Assembly (NCBI GenBank): GCA_043799175.1
Contig: JAZDOA010000156.1
Coordinates: 1,242 to 65,241, forward strand
Direction: 5' to 3'
DNA: 64,000 bases
Origin: Pseudomonadota bacterium
Lineage (GTDB): Bacteria > Desulfobacterota > JAZDOA01
The notes beneath the pieces were generated by a model. It was not told the origin of the DNA. It saw only the letters and a program-made list of their open reading frames with translations, and did not search any database. A program made the position numbers and the translations under genes. This document shows, piece by piece, positions 1 to 10,348 of the stretch; the first letter of the stretch is position 1, and each line of letters opens with the position of its first letter.

Positions 1-238
1 GATCGGAAGCGCCTGGATCCAGTTTGGCATGCACTACTATCTCTACGCACTCATCTTTCTCGCCTTCGACGTTGAAATACTTTATCTTTTCCCCGTGGCC
101 CTGACCTATAATCGGGGCTTTGTTTTTCGCGATCTGATCGAGGTTGTCATCTTCGTGGGTATTCTGGCCCTGGCCATTGTTTATGCCTGGAAAGAAGGAG
201 TCTTCGAGTGGGGAAGAACGTCGGTACAGCCCCGATAG
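1..238 (+). CDS. nuoA: NADH-quinone oxidoreductase subunit A (5' end lies upstream of the window)
   Basis: C-terminal NuoA/ND3-like sequence ([15 protein letters not shown]...), directly followed by nuoB. Confidence 0.75.
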   Translation, partial: IGSAWIQFGMHYYLYALIFLAFDVEILYLFPVALTYNRGFVFRDLIEVVIFVGILALAIVYAWKEGVFEWGRTSVQPR

Positions 239-729
239 TCCAGCTCGGTGTCGTTGAAGATCTCATCAACCTGGCCCGGGCCAACTCGCTGTGGCCGATG
301 ACCTTCGGTCTGGCCTGCTGCGCGATAGAAATGATGGCCGCCGGCGCCGCCCGCTTCGACCTTGACCGCTTTGGCGCCGGGGTGTTTCGTCCATCTCCCC
401 GCCAGTCCGACGTCATGATCGTGGCCGGCACCATATCCAAGAAGATGGCTCCAGCCATTGTCCGTCTGTGGGATCAGATGCCCGCCCCCAAGTGGTGCAT
501 CGCCATGGGTAATTGCGCCATTTCGGGAGGGCCGTTCGCCTATAAGGGCCAATACGGCATCATCGAGGGCGCCCACCTGATCGTCCCGGTTGATGTCTAC
601 GTCCCCGGTTGTCCGCCCAGGCCCGAAGGATTGATCGAAGGTATTCTCAAGCTTCAAGAGAAGATTGCAGGCCAGCGGCGCTTCCCATTGGCCGAGGGGG
701 CGAAGAAGCGTTCATGGCGTGCCGCTTAA
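208..729 (+). CDS. nuoB: NADH-quinone oxidoreductase subunit B (PSST, Fe-S N2)
   Basis: Contains [17 protein letters not shown] and CPPRPE motifs typical of NuoB; start codon uncertain (overlaps nuoA by 31 nt). Confidence 0.9.
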   Translation: MGKNVGTAPIVQLGVVEDLINLARANSLWPMTFGLACCAIEMMAAGAARFDLDRFGAGVFRPSPRQSDVMIVAGTISKKMAPAIVRLWDQMPAPKWCIAMGNCAISGGPFAYKGQYGIIEGAHLIVPVDVYVPGCPPRPEGLIEGILKLQEKIAGQRRFPLAEGAKKRSWRAA

Positions 730-751
730 GCTGACTCTGTGAGGAAGGCTC

Positions 752-1189
752 ATGTCTGTCGAAGAACTGAAGTCCGCGATTGATGAGAGGCTGGGCGCGG
801 GTGCCGCCGCCGCCACCGACTACGCCGCCAGGGGCTATCATGTCGAAGTACGCATGAACCCCGCCCAAGTCGTTCCCCTGGCGGAGGCCATGAACTCCTC
901 GGGTCTCTATCTCGAGGACGTAACCGCCGTTGATTGGCTCGCCGACGGCCAGATGGACATTCTGTACCACTACGCTTCCTTTTCGGAGTCGCTCCGGGTG
1001 GCCGGGCGCTGCGCGATAAGCCGTTTCGGGGGGAATGTCCCGAGCATCTGCGGCATATATCAGGGCGCCAACTGGCATGAGCGGGAGGTTTTCGACCTGT
1101 TCGGCGTGGGATTCACGGGTCACCCCGACCTCAAGAGGATACTCCTGCCTGACGATGCGGACTTCCACCCGCTGCGGAAGGACTTCTAG
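752..1189 (+). CDS. nuoC: NADH-quinone oxidoreductase subunit C (30 kDa)
   Basis: NuoC-like sequence (GANWHEREVFDLFGV), positioned between nuoB and nuoD. Confidence 0.85.
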   Translation: MSVEELKSAIDERLGAGAAAATDYAARGYHVEVRMNPAQVVPLAEAMNSSGLYLEDVTAVDWLADGQMDILYHYASFSESLRVAGRCAISRFGGNVPSICGIYQGANWHEREVFDLFGVGFTGHPDLKRILLPDDADFHPLRKDF

Positions 1190-1192
1190 CAA

Positions 1193-2311
1193 ATGTACGA
1201 GCTGGCCAAGGGTCTGGAAGAGACCACGTTCTATCTGAACATGGGGCCGCAGCACCCCTCCACGCACGGGGTGCTGCGTATTGTCCTCAGGCTGGACGGG
1301 GAGTACGTGGTGGAGGCCGAGCCGGTGTTGGGCTACATCCACCGCATGCAAGAGAAGATGGCCGAGAACCGCAACTATATTCAGTTTCTCCCTAATCTCG
1401 GCCGGTTGGACTATCTCTCGGCCATGCTCTACAACCACGGTTATTGCGGCGCCGTGGAAAAGCTCATGCAAATAGAGGTTCCGCCCCGGGCCGAGTATAT
1501 CAGAGTCATAACGGCGGAGCTTTCCCGCATCTCCAGCCACCTTCTCTGGGCCGGCGCCTACCTGATGGACCTCGGGGCGTTCACGCCCTTTCTCTATGCC
1601 TTTGACGATCGGGAAAACCTCCTCGACTTGCTGGAAAACGTCTGTGGGTCGCGTCTCACGTACTGCTATTTTCGCTTCGGAGGCGTCTGCAATGACGTCT
1701 CGCCGGAGTTTCTCAAGGGCACCGAGAAGTTTGTCCACAGACTCCGCTCCCGGATTCCCATGTATCACGACCTGGTGACCGGCAACGTCATCTTCGTCCA
1801 TCGCACCAAGGGGGTCGGGGTCATAAGCCAGGACTGCTGCAAGCGCTTTGGGGCGAGCGGCCCGGTGGCCCGCGGCAGCGGCATCAAACACGACGTCCGC
1901 AAGAACGAGCCTTACTCCATCTACGACCAGTTCAGCTTCGAGATTCCCGTGGGCACCGGGAGCGGTGACGCCCTGGACCGCTACCACGTGCGTATGGCCG
2001 AGATAGAGCAGAGCCTGAACATCATCGAGCAGGCCCTGTCGCGCATCCCAGAAGGGCCGGTGAAGAGCAAGCTGCCCAAGAAACTGAAGCCGCCGGTGGG
2101 TGACGTCTACTTCGCGGTCGAGACGGCCCGCGGTGAGTTCGGCACCTACATAGTCAGCGACGGATCGGACGTTCCCTACCGGATCAAGCTGAGGACGCCG
2201 TCATACTCGAACCTCAGCCTGCTTCCGGAGATACTTCCGGGCACCATGATGGCGGACACCGTGTCCATTTTGGGCAGTGTCGACGTGGTTATCCCCGAGA
2301 TAGACAGGTAG
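1193..2311 (+). CDS. nuoD: NADH-quinone oxidoreductase subunit D (49 kDa)
   Basis: NuoD/NiFe-hydrogenase large-subunit-like motif ([16 protein letters not shown]) and C-terminal region; 372 aa. Confidence 0.9.
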   Translation: MYELAKGLEETTFYLNMGPQHPSTHGVLRIVLRLDGEYVVEAEPVLGYIHRMQEKMAENRNYIQFLPNLGRLDYLSAMLYNHGYCGAVEKLMQIEVPPRAEYIRVITAELSRISSHLLWAGAYLMDLGAFTPFLYAFDDRENLLDLLENVCGSRLTYCYFRFGGVCNDVSPEFLKGTEKFVHRLRSRIPMYHDLVTGNVIFVHRTKGVGVISQDCCKRFGASGPVARGSGIKHDVRKNEPYSIYDQFSFEIPVGTGSGDALDRYHVRMAEIEQSLNIIEQALSRIPEGPVKSKLPKKLKPPVGDVYFAVETARGEFGTYIVSDGSDVPYRIKLRTPSYSNLSLLPEILPGTMMADTVSILGSVDVVIPEIDR

Positions 2312-2315
2312 AGCC

Positions 2316-3308
2316 ATGCCGCAACTACATCCCTTAGGTTTGACGACGTTTCTTCAGGCGGACCTGGCGAACATTCTTCTGGGGGTCCTGCTGATCCTCG
2401 GTTTTGTGCAGGTCAACGCCTTAATCCTCGTCTGGCTGGAGCGGAAGGTGGCCGCCCACATGCAACTGCGGCTTGGCCCGATGGAAGTCGGCCCCCACGG
2501 TCTGCTCCAGACCCTCGCCGACGGCATCAAGCTGATCGGCAAGGAGCTCATAACCCCGAAGGCCGCGGACAAGCCGCTCTTCTGGCTGGCCCCGATTCTG
2601 GTCTTCATGCCGGTGCTGGTCGCGTTCGTGGTGGTGCCGTTCGCGGAGGGCTGGATAGTCAGGGACCTCAACGTGGGCGTCATCCTTATTTTTGCCTTTG
2701 CCACCCTGACCACGCTTTCCATCCTGATGGCCGGCTGGGGCTCCAACAACAAGTACGCCCTCCTGGGGGCGGCCAGGTCGGTGGCCCAGAGCATAGCCTA
2801 CGAGATACCGATGCTCCTGGCGGTGGTCCCGGTGGTAATGATAGCCGGTTCCCTTCGGCTCACCGACATCGTCAAGGCGCAAGGTCCCCTGCCGTTCGTG
2901 GTGATGCAGCCGCTGGCCTTCCTGATCTACCTCGTCGCCGGCGTGGCCGAGACCAACCGCGCCCCCTTCGATCTGCCCGAAGCCGAGTCGGAGCTGGTGG
3001 CCGGCTTCCACACGGAGTACAGCGGCATGCGCTTCGCGCTGTTCTTCCTGGCCGAATACTCCAATATGTTCATTGTCTCGGCGGTGGCCACCTGCCTGTT
3101 CCTGGGCGGTTGGAAGGGCCCCTTGCTCCCCGGTATCGCCTGGTTCTTCATCAAGGCCTACGCCCTGGTCTTCTTGCTTATGTGGTTCCGCTGGACGTTC
3201 CCGCGGGTGCGCTTCGACCAGCTCATGAACTTCTGCTGGAAGGTGCTTATTCCCCTCGCCTTGGTCAACCTCGTCGCCACTGCTTTGTTCCTCAAGGTGC
3301 ATATATGA
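2316..3308 (+). CDS. nuoH: NADH-quinone oxidoreductase subunit H (membrane, ND1)
   Basis: NuoH signature ([16 protein letters not shown]) and polytopic membrane protein; follows nuoD directly with no nuoEFG in between. Confidence 0.9.
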   Translation: MPQLHPLGLTTFLQADLANILLGVLLILGFVQVNALILVWLERKVAAHMQLRLGPMEVGPHGLLQTLADGIKLIGKELITPKAADKPLFWLAPILVFMPVLVAFVVVPFAEGWIVRDLNVGVILIFAFATLTTLSILMAGWGSNNKYALLGAARSVAQSIAYEIPMLLAVVPVVMIAGSLRLTDIVKAQGPLPFVVMQPLAFLIYLVAGVAETNRAPFDLPEAESELVAGFHTEYSGMRFALFFLAEYSNMFIVSAVATCLFLGGWKGPLLPGIAWFFIKAYALVFLLMWFRWTFPRVRFDQLMNFCWKVLIPLALVNLVATALFLKVHI

Positions 3309-3775
3309 GCGGATACCTCGAAGACATCGTTTCGGGTGCCAGGAGCCTGCTCGTCGGCATGGGGGTGACCATCCGCTATATGGTCAAGCCCGTGACCACC
3401 TGCCAGTATCCCCGCGAGACGATCAACGTTACCCCCAACTTCCGGGGACACATAGAGCTGGTGCCCGACGAGGGCGGTGGAAACAAGTGCATTGTGTGCG
3501 GCTCCTGCGAGCGCATGTGTCCCTCGCAACTCATCAGCCTCAAGGGGGAGCGGCCCAAGACACCGCCGCCCGCCGAGGGTGAGAAGCCGAAGCCGGCCAA
3601 GAAAGAGCTGGTGGAGTACACCATTGATTTTACGAGGTGCAGTCTCTGCGGGCTGTGCGTCGAGAGTTGCCCGGTTGACGCGATCCGATTCTCGGCCAAC
3701 TACAATCTGGCTGGGTTCACCAGGGAGGAGTTCCACCTCGATCTGCTGCAAAGGCTCAGGGAGGAGGCGGCATGA
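3305..3775 (+). CDS. nuoI: NADH-quinone oxidoreductase subunit I (2x[4Fe-4S])
   Basis: Two CxxCxxCxxxCP ferredoxin motifs ([12 protein letters not shown] and [12 protein letters not shown]); ATG at 3305 overlaps the nuoH stop (ATGA), so the upstream part of the ORF-track frame from 3110 is read-through. Confidence 0.85.
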   Translation: MSGYLEDIVSGARSLLVGMGVTIRYMVKPVTTCQYPRETINVTPNFRGHIELVPDEGGGNKCIVCGSCERMCPSQLISLKGERPKTPPPAEGEKPKPAKKELVEYTIDFTRCSLCGLCVESCPVDAIRFSANYNLAGFTREEFHLDLLQRLREEAA

Positions 3776-4281
3776 ATATCGACGGTAAGCTGGTGGCCGA
3801 CGGCGCCTTTCTTGGGGTAGTGGCGCTGGTCTTCGGTGGGGCGCTGATAGCCGTGCTGGCCCAGAACATTCTGCACGCCGTGCTCGGGCTCGTAGTCTCC
3901 TTCTTCGGGGTGGCCGGCCTATACGTCTACCTGGGAAGCGGTTTCGTGGCCGCAATGCAGATCCTCATCTACGTCGGCGCGGTCTGCATAGCCATTATGT
4001 TCGCCATCATGCTTTCGGAGCCGCTCTACAAGCCGGCGGCGATGCCGGATCCCATGAAAGTAGGGCTTTCCGCCGGCATGGCGGCCCTGATATTCGGCGT
4101 CATAGCGATGCTGGTCCTGAGAACCCATTGGGTGAAGGCGGCCCCAACCAGCAACGACTGGAGCATGACGGCGGTGGGGCAGTCCCTGCTCACTCACTAT
4201 GTAGTGGTCTTCGAATTGATCTCCGTGGTGCTGCTGGTGGCCATCATCGGTGCGATGACCACCGCCAGAAGGATGCGCTGA
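3772..4281 (+). CDS. nuoJ: NADH-quinone oxidoreductase subunit J (membrane)
   Basis: Hydrophobic NuoJ-like protein in the conserved operon position. Confidence 0.8.
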   Translation: MNIDGKLVADGAFLGVVALVFGGALIAVLAQNILHAVLGLVVSFFGVAGLYVYLGSGFVAAMQILIYVGAVCIAIMFAIMLSEPLYKPAAMPDPMKVGLSAGMAALIFGVIAMLVLRTHWVKAAPTSNDWSMTAVGQSLLTHYVVVFELISVVLLVAIIGAMTTARRMR

Positions 4282-4592
4282 TGTACCAGGAACTGATGAC
4301 TTATCTGCTGATCGCGGCCGGGCTCTTCGCCCTGGGGCTTTTTGGGGCGCTCTATCGCAGCTCATTGATCGGCCTGCTCATCTCGATCGAGCTGATGTTA
4401 AACGCCGCCGGCATAAATTTCATGGCATTCAACCGCTTCCTGGGGCCGGACCCCGCGGTGGGCCAGGTCTTCACTTTGTTCATCATGGGTATCGCGGCGG
4501 CGGAGGCGGCCATCGCCCTCTCCATCATCGTGGCGGTGTACAAGCGGCTGCGCACAATCAACATCGAACAGGCAAGTGATCTGAGGGGATAG
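4281..4592 (+). CDS. nuoK: NADH-quinone oxidoreductase subunit K (membrane, ND4L)
   Basis: Internal ATG at 4281 (MYQELMTYLLIAAGLF...) overlapping the nuoJ stop (TGATG); about 100-aa NuoK with ELMLNAAGINF motif. The ORF-track N-terminus (4128 onward) is an out-of-gene extension. Confidence 0.85.
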   Translation: MYQELMTYLLIAAGLFALGLFGALYRSSLIGLLISIELMLNAAGINFMAFNRFLGPDPAVGQVFTLFIMGIAAAEAAIALSIIVAVYKRLRTINIEQASDLRG

Positions 4593-4595
4593 GGC

Positions 4596-6593
4596 ATGGA
4601 CTGGAACAACCCGAACTTCATAGCCGCGGCAACGGTATCGGCGGTTCCGCTGATATGCTTCCTTATCATCTTTATTTTCACGCGGAACAATCACAAGCTT
4701 TCCTACTGCATCTCGATCACCGGCGCCCTGGCATGTATGCTTTCGGGTTGGTATCTCCTGGCCAACAACTGGTCGGCCCAGAAGCCCCTGGTCTTCAGCG
4801 TGCCGTGGCTCACCTCCGGAGAGTTTATCCGCATACCCTTCGGGTTCCTGCTCGATCCCCTTAGCCTGCTGATGCTGACAATCGTGGTCACGATCGTCTT
4901 CCTGGTGCAGGTCTACTCCGTGGGCTACATGGCGGGCGACCCAGGAATGGGACGGTACTTCTCCTTTCTGTCCCTGTTCTCCTGGTCAATGACGAATCTG
5001 GTCATAGCCCCGGAGCTGATCCAACTATACGTCTTCTGGGAGCTGGTCGGTCTCTCATCCTACCTGCTGATCGGCTTCTGGTATGAGAAATGGTCGGCGT
5101 CGCAGGCGGGCAAGAAGGCCTTCGTGGTCACCCGCATCGGGGACGTGGGCATGTTCCTGGGGCTGGCCATCATCATTCTGAGTCCGGGGATCCACACCCT
5201 CGATATTCTGAAGCTGAATTCCCCCGGAACGGCGGCGGCGCTTGGGCCGGGGTTGTTGACGCTCTCGGCGATACTGGTCTTCACGGGCAGCATTGGCAAG
5301 AGCGCCCAGTTCCCGCTGCACGTCTGGCTGCCCGATGCCATGGAGGGCCCGACGCCGGTCAGTTCGGTGTTGCATTCGGCTACCATGGTGGCCGCGGGCG
5401 TCTACCTGCTGGCCCGCATCTTCCCCTTCTACAGCCAATCGGCCGACGCCATGTTCTTTGCGCTGAGTATCGGCACCATCACCATGCTGCTGGCCTCGAC
5501 CATGGGCATGGTGGCCACCGATATAAAGCAGGTCTGGGCGTACTCCACGATCTCCCAGCTCGGCTTCATGATAATGGGTCTGGCCGCGGGCGCTTACGCG
5601 GCGGGCGTCTTTCACCTGACCACCCACGCGGCGTTCAAGTGCCTGCTGTTCAACGCGGCGGGCGCACTTATTCATACATATCATACCAATGATTTCTTCG
5701 TGATGTCCGAGAAGGGCGCGAAGGGGCAGCGAGTGCCGGTCATTACCATGACCGTGGCCGCGTGTGCCCTGGCCGGCCTGCCGTTCACGGCGGGGTTCTT
5801 CAGCAAGGAGGCGATCATCGCGGGCCTGGAGAGGCTTGACAACCCGTTCTGGCTCATCGCGGGCCTGGTGGGCGCGGGCATGACCGCCTACTACACCTTC
5901 CGGGTCATATTCGTTCTATGGCGGCCCTCGAGCGAGGTGGTCGGCTACGCCGCCCCGGTCATGGCCCGCGATCTCCACGCGGCACATGCTGGCCACGACG
6001 AGCATCATCATGGCACGCCCGCGGTCATGGCCTTCCCGCTGATATTCCTGGCCACGCTCTCAATCGTCCTGGGCTACGTCGGTCAACCGCTGCAGAGGTT
6101 CCTGCTGCGGGACAAGGCCGTTGTCTGGTCGCTCGAGCGCTTGGGTCTCATGGGCGGTCATGGCGAGCACGCGGCTCACGGCGGGGGCCTGCTGGCCGCC
6201 CTGGGCGTTCACCTCACCCCCATGCTTTTCATGGCCATCGGGGTTGCGCTGAGTGGGGTGATCTGGGCCTGGTACGACTGGGGTCGCAAGGGCTGCAAGC
6301 GGGTTGGCTTCCTGCACGCCTGCGAGCCGCTGGAGGAGCTCTTTCGCCGCCGTTGGTACATAGATGATTTCTATCGCTGGCTGATAGACCGCGTTCTCTA
6401 CGGTACCTTCAGCCGCGCCTGTATCATGCACGACCGTCGGGTCATCGACAGCGGCGTCGATGGTGTGGTGGGTCTGACTGTCGGGGGCGGCAGGGTTCTG
6501 TCCTTCCTGCAGTCCGGGATGGTGCAGTACAACATGCTGATAGCCTTTGCCGTGGTGGGCCTTATCGGTCTTTATTTTCTCTTTGGTTGTTAA
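4596..6593 (+). CDS. nuoL: NADH-quinone oxidoreductase subunit L (antiporter-like, ND5)
   Basis: 665-aa polytopic protein with NuoL/Mrp antiporter motifs (GKSAQFPLHVWLPDAMEGPTPVS). Confidence 0.9.
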   Translation: MDWNNPNFIAAATVSAVPLICFLIIFIFTRNNHKLSYCISITGALACMLSGWYLLANNWSAQKPLVFSVPWLTSGEFIRIPFGFLLDPLSLLMLTIVVTIVFLVQVYSVGYMAGDPGMGRYFSFLSLFSWSMTNLVIAPELIQLYVFWELVGLSSYLLIGFWYEKWSASQAGKKAFVVTRIGDVGMFLGLAIIILSPGIHTLDILKLNSPGTAAALGPGLLTLSAILVFTGSIGKSAQFPLHVWLPDAMEGPTPVSSVLHSATMVAAGVYLLARIFPFYSQSADAMFFALSIGTITMLLASTMGMVATDIKQVWAYSTISQLGFMIMGLAAGAYAAGVFHLTTHAAFKCLLFNAAGALIHTYHTNDFFVMSEKGAKGQRVPVITMTVAACALAGLPFTAGFFSKEAIIAGLERLDNPFWLIAGLVGAGMTAYYTFRVIFVLWRPSSEVVGYAAPVMARDLHAAHAGHDEHHHGTPAVMAFPLIFLATLSIVLGYVGQPLQRFLLRDKAVVWSLERLGLMGGHGEHAAHGGGLLAALGVHLTPMLFMAIGVALSGVIWAWYDWGRKGCKRVGFLHACEPLEELFRRRWYIDDFYRWLIDRVLYGTFSRACIMHDRRVIDSGVDGVVGLTVGGGRVLSFLQSGMVQYNMLIAFAVVGLIGLYFLFGC

Positions 6594-6619
6594 CGTAACG
6601 GTGCGTCGGAGTTGACCAA

Positions 6620-8101
6620 ATGCCTGTGTTGCTTGCTGATTTTCCGTATCTTACCGTCTCGATCCTCTCGCCCTTGGTGGCACTGATTGTCATCATGCTG
6701 TTGCCGGAGGAGCAGAAGAAGACGATTAAACTGGTGGGAGTCGCCTCGGCGGTCGTCTCGCTCGCGGTATGCCTCTACCTCTATTGGGCCTACGACAGGA
6801 CGGTGGGTGGGATTCAGTTCGCGGAGCGGATGGACTGGATACCCGGTCTGGGTATCAAGTACTTCGTGGGGGTCGATGGCATAAACGCCCCGCTGCTGCT
6901 CCTGAACGGCATCGTCTACCTGACCGGGTGCCTAACCATGTGGGAGCTGGAGCTTCGGGTGAAGGAATACTTCGCCTGGATCGCCGCCCTGGTGGCGGGG
7001 GTCTTCGGGGTATACGCCTCCTTCGACCTGTTCTTCTTCTTCATGTTCTATGAGATCGGCCTGCTGCCGATGTACCTGCTCATCGCCATCTGGGGCTCCA
7101 CCCGCAAAGAGTACGCGGCGATGAAGCTGACCCTCTACCTGCTGGCGGGCAGTACGCTGATCTTCCCCGGACTGCTGGCCCTCTACACTTACTCCCCGAT
7201 CAAAACCTTTGACTGGCTGATCCTGAGCCAACAGCATTTCACGCTGGAGCAGCAGAAGCTGATCTTCGGGCTCCTCTACTTCGGCTTCGGGGTGTTGGCG
7301 GCGATATGGCCGTTCCATACATGGTCGCCGGTCGGGCACGTGGCGGCTCCTACCTCGACCTCGATGCTCCACGCGGGGGTCCTGATGAAGCTGGGCGCCT
7401 TCGGGATCCTGCGGATCGCGATGCAACTGGCCCCCCAGGGTCTGGTATATTGGGCACCCACCATGGCCCTGCTGGCGACGATAGGCATCGTCTACGGCGC
7501 GCTGGCCGGTCTGGCGCAGACGGACCTCAAATATATCATTGGCTACTCGTCGGTCTCGCACATGGGGGTTGTCTGCCTGGGGCTTTCCACTCTCACCGTT
7601 GACGGGATCAACGGGGCCGTGTTCCAGATGTTCGCCCACGGCATAATGACGGCCCTCTTCTTCTCCGCGGTCGGCTACATCTACGACCGGACGCACACCA
7701 GGGAGATCTACGACCTGGGTGGTTTCTCCAAAATAATGCCCGTTGCCTCGGCCTTCTTCATCATTGCCGCCCTCTGCGGGTTGGGCTGCCCGGGGTTTGC
7801 GAGCTTCTGGGCCGAGCTGCTGGTCTTCGTGGCCGCCTTCCAGGTATACCCGGTCAAGGGGGTTTTAGCGGTGTGTGCCCTGGTCATTGCCACGCTGTTC
7901 GCGCTGCGGGTCATCATGAGGACCTTCTACGTGGCGCCAAATCCTAAATTCACGGGGCCCGGCTTCGCGGATGTGGGGCTTTTTCTGGCCAGCCCGCGGA
8001 TCATTCTGGTTGGCACCCTGATCATCTTTGGGTTGTTTCCCCGGCTCATGGTAGACGTCATACAGACTGCGGTTGAACCCTTTGTCCGGACACTGGTTTA
8101 G
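6620..8101 (+). CDS. nuoM: NADH-quinone oxidoreductase subunit M (ND4)
   Basis: 493-aa antiporter-like subunit with the WPFHTWSPVGHVAAPTSTSMLHAG motif. Confidence 0.9.
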   Translation: MPVLLADFPYLTVSILSPLVALIVIMLLPEEQKKTIKLVGVASAVVSLAVCLYLYWAYDRTVGGIQFAERMDWIPGLGIKYFVGVDGINAPLLLLNGIVYLTGCLTMWELELRVKEYFAWIAALVAGVFGVYASFDLFFFFMFYEIGLLPMYLLIAIWGSTRKEYAAMKLTLYLLAGSTLIFPGLLALYTYSPIKTFDWLILSQQHFTLEQQKLIFGLLYFGFGVLAAIWPFHTWSPVGHVAAPTSTSMLHAGVLMKLGAFGILRIAMQLAPQGLVYWAPTMALLATIGIVYGALAGLAQTDLKYIIGYSSVSHMGVVCLGLSTLTVDGINGAVFQMFAHGIMTALFFSAVGYIYDRTHTREIYDLGGFSKIMPVASAFFIIAALCGLGCPGFASFWAELLVFVAAFQVYPVKGVLAVCALVIATLFALRVIMRTFYVAPNPKFTGPGFADVGLFLASPRIILVGTLIIFGLFPRLMVDVIQTAVEPFVRTLV

Positions 8102-8104
8102 ACC

Positions 8105-9517
8105 ATGAACGCAACGGTTTTCCTGCCTGAACTTGCCGTGATGGCCATGGCCCTGCTGATGTTTGTGGTATCCATGGCGAAACCGAACGCTCAGCGTGAC
8201 TTTACCCTGGCCGTCGTCCTGGGGGCCGTGGTGGTCGCGGCGGGGGTGGCGAGCCTGCGGTCCGAGGGGCTGCTCTTCTTCGGTACTTACCGGATTGACA
8301 TCTTCTCCCAGGTCTTCAAGATCGCCCTCGGCGTGGGGTTGCTGCTCGCGATTTCGGTATGTCTTGACTTCAAGGGCGTGGACGAAAACCTGCATGGAGA
8401 GTACTACACCTTCATGGCCACGGGCACTCTGGGCCTGATGATGCTGGTCAGCTCGATGGAACTGCTGACCATGTACGTCGCGCTGGAGCTGTCGTCGTAT
8501 TCGCTCTACGTCATGCTTCCCATGCGGCGGGGGTTCGCGCACGACGCCGAGGCGTCCATCAAGTACGTGCTCTTCGGCGCGGTCTCTTCGTGCATCATGG
8601 TCTTCGGGCTCAGCTTCATCTATGGCCTGACCCACACCACGATGCTCAGCGAGATCATGCCTCAGATACCGGTGCTGGCCTCGCAGCCTCTGGGGCTGGC
8701 GGCGATACTCATGACGATCTGCGGCTTCTTCTTCAAGCTGACGGTGTTTCCGTTCCACGCCTGGGCCCCGGACGTCTATCAGGGCGCGGCCAACGAGACG
8801 GCCACCTTCATTGCCACGGCCCCCAAGGTGGGGGCGGTGGCCCTTCTGCTGCGCCTGGTCACACTGGCCGGGGTTGATGGAGTCGGGCTGGTCAAGGTAC
8901 TCATAATCCTCTCGGTGGCCTCCATGACTTTTGGCAATCTGGTGGCCATCGTCCAGAAAGACCTCAAGCGGATGTTGGCCTATTCATCCATCGCCCACGC
9001 CGGCTATGTGATAATCGGCGTCCTGACGCTGAGCGAACTTGGCTATATGAGTTCGATTTACTACATCTTCGGCTACCTGCTCATGAACTTCGCGGTGTTC
9101 ATGGTAGTGGTCAAGGTGTCTCAGGACGGCGGCAATGTGTCCATCGAGCAGCTTGCGGGGTTGTACAAACGGGCGCCGCTTCTGGCCTTGACCCTCATGC
9201 TTTCGCTGTTCGCTCTGGCGGGCATTCCACCGTCGGTCGGTTTCGTGGGCAAGTGGATGTTATTCACGGCGGCGCTGGAGAAGGGGTATCTGTGGCTGGT
9301 CATCATTGCGGCAGCCAACTCCACCGTGTCGCTGTACTACTATCTGTGCGTGGTGCGGGCGGCCTACTGTATGTCGCCGGGTGACCTGCCGGCGGTGAAA
9401 ATCGACATGCCCACCCGCGTCATGAGCTACGTAATGATCGCCGCGATAGTGGGCGTCGGGGTCGTGCCCGCGCCGCTTATTGAAATGGCCCGGAGTGCCG
9501 CGCGGACCCTGCTGTAG
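8105..9517 (+). CDS. nuoN: NADH-quinone oxidoreductase subunit N (ND2)
   Basis: 470-aa antiporter-like subunit with FPFHAWAPDVYQGA motif; last gene of the nuo operon. Confidence 0.9.
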   Translation: MNATVFLPELAVMAMALLMFVVSMAKPNAQRDFTLAVVLGAVVVAAGVASLRSEGLLFFGTYRIDIFSQVFKIALGVGLLLAISVCLDFKGVDENLHGEYYTFMATGTLGLMMLVSSMELLTMYVALELSSYSLYVMLPMRRGFAHDAEASIKYVLFGAVSSCIMVFGLSFIYGLTHTTMLSEIMPQIPVLASQPLGLAAILMTICGFFFKLTVFPFHAWAPDVYQGAANETATFIATAPKVGAVALLLRLVTLAGVDGVGLVKVLIILSVASMTFGNLVAIVQKDLKRMLAYSSIAHAGYVIIGVLTLSELGYMSSIYYIFGYLLMNFAVFMVVVKVSQDGGNVSIEQLAGLYKRAPLLALTLMLSLFALAGIPPSVGFVGKWMLFTAALEKGYLWLVIIAAANSTVSLYYYLCVVRAAYCMSPGDLPAVKIDMPTRVMSYVMIAAIVGVGVVPAPLIEMARSAARTLL

Positions 9518-9664
9518 ACGTGGGGAAGGGCAGTCCGCGGTCGTTGGATGATGTAATCGGAAAGGTTGGGCGCTGTCGGGCTGAGGGCAAAAGAAGTTCG
9601 CTTCCCGCGGCGCTTTTGATGAGGCAGTTAGCTCTGTTGATGTGAAAGGGGGAGGGGGTACCCG

Positions 9665-10327
9665 ATGCTCCAGGCTCTTTACGGTTACGCGCGTGGCCCG
9701 CTGGCATGGGCAGCCTTCGGTCTGTTCATCGGAGGAATCATCCTGAAGCTGATGAGGCTTTACGCACTCAGCTTAAAGAAGGATCAGGTAATTTATGACC
9801 ATCTGAGCATTTCGTGGGCTTTGCGGTCCATAGTGGCCTATCTGCTGCCCCTGAATCGCTCAGTGGCGAGTAAGCCGATTTTTTCCGCCATTGCATACAT
9901 GTTCCACATCTGTCTCATCGCGGCGCCGCTCTTGGTCATGGCCCACGCGGAACTCATGTACGAGTCCTGGGGCGTCAGCCTGCCCTACATCAAGGATGCC
10001 GTGGTCGATGTCATGGCGGTCGTGGTGATGTTGACCGGTCTGGCGTTACTAGTCAGACGCTTCATCGATCCCACCGTGCGGCTGCTAACGACGCCGACTG
10101 ACATTGCCCTGTTGCTGGCCACGATAGCGCCATTTGCCACGGGGTTCCTAGCGTACCATCAGTTGCTGTTGCCCTATGATCTCGCTATCGTGTTGCACCT
10201 TTTGAGCGCGGAACTCGTTCTGGCGCTGATTCCGTTTACGAAATTGAGCCACTTCGCCCTGTTCTTCGTGACGCGCGGCCTGATCGGCAGCGAGTTCGGA
10301 GGGCGCCGAGCCACGAGAGCTTGGTAG
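9665..10327 (+). CDS. NarI-family membrane cytochrome b (TmcC/HmcE/DsrM/HdrE-like)
   Basis: 220 aa with about five TM helices and conserved His residues; strong SD (GGGGGAGGGGG) 5' of the ATG; followed by an HdrD-like CCG protein. Confidence 0.7.
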   Translation: MLQALYGYARGPLAWAAFGLFIGGIILKLMRLYALSLKKDQVIYDHLSISWALRSIVAYLLPLNRSVASKPIFSAIAYMFHICLIAAPLLVMAHAELMYESWGVSLPYIKDAVVDVMAVVVMLTGLALLVRRFIDPTVRLLTTPTDIALLLATIAPFATGFLAYHQLLLPYDLAIVLHLLSAELVLALIPFTKLSHFALFFVTRGLIGSEFGGRRATRAW

Positions 10328-10348
10328 CGGTCGGTTGAGGAGGGACCC

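Noticed and set aside
647-1987. 446-aa minus-strand ORF antisense to nuoC/nuoD
   Set aside because: Low-complexity Gly/Ala/Arg/Pro-rich translation with no motifs, fully overlapping well-supported nuo genes; a typical high-GC antisense artefact.
2421-3302. 293-aa minus-strand ORF antisense to nuoH
   Set aside because: Overlaps nuoH entirely; composition-biased (His/Arg/Gly/Glu) and lacks domain motifs.
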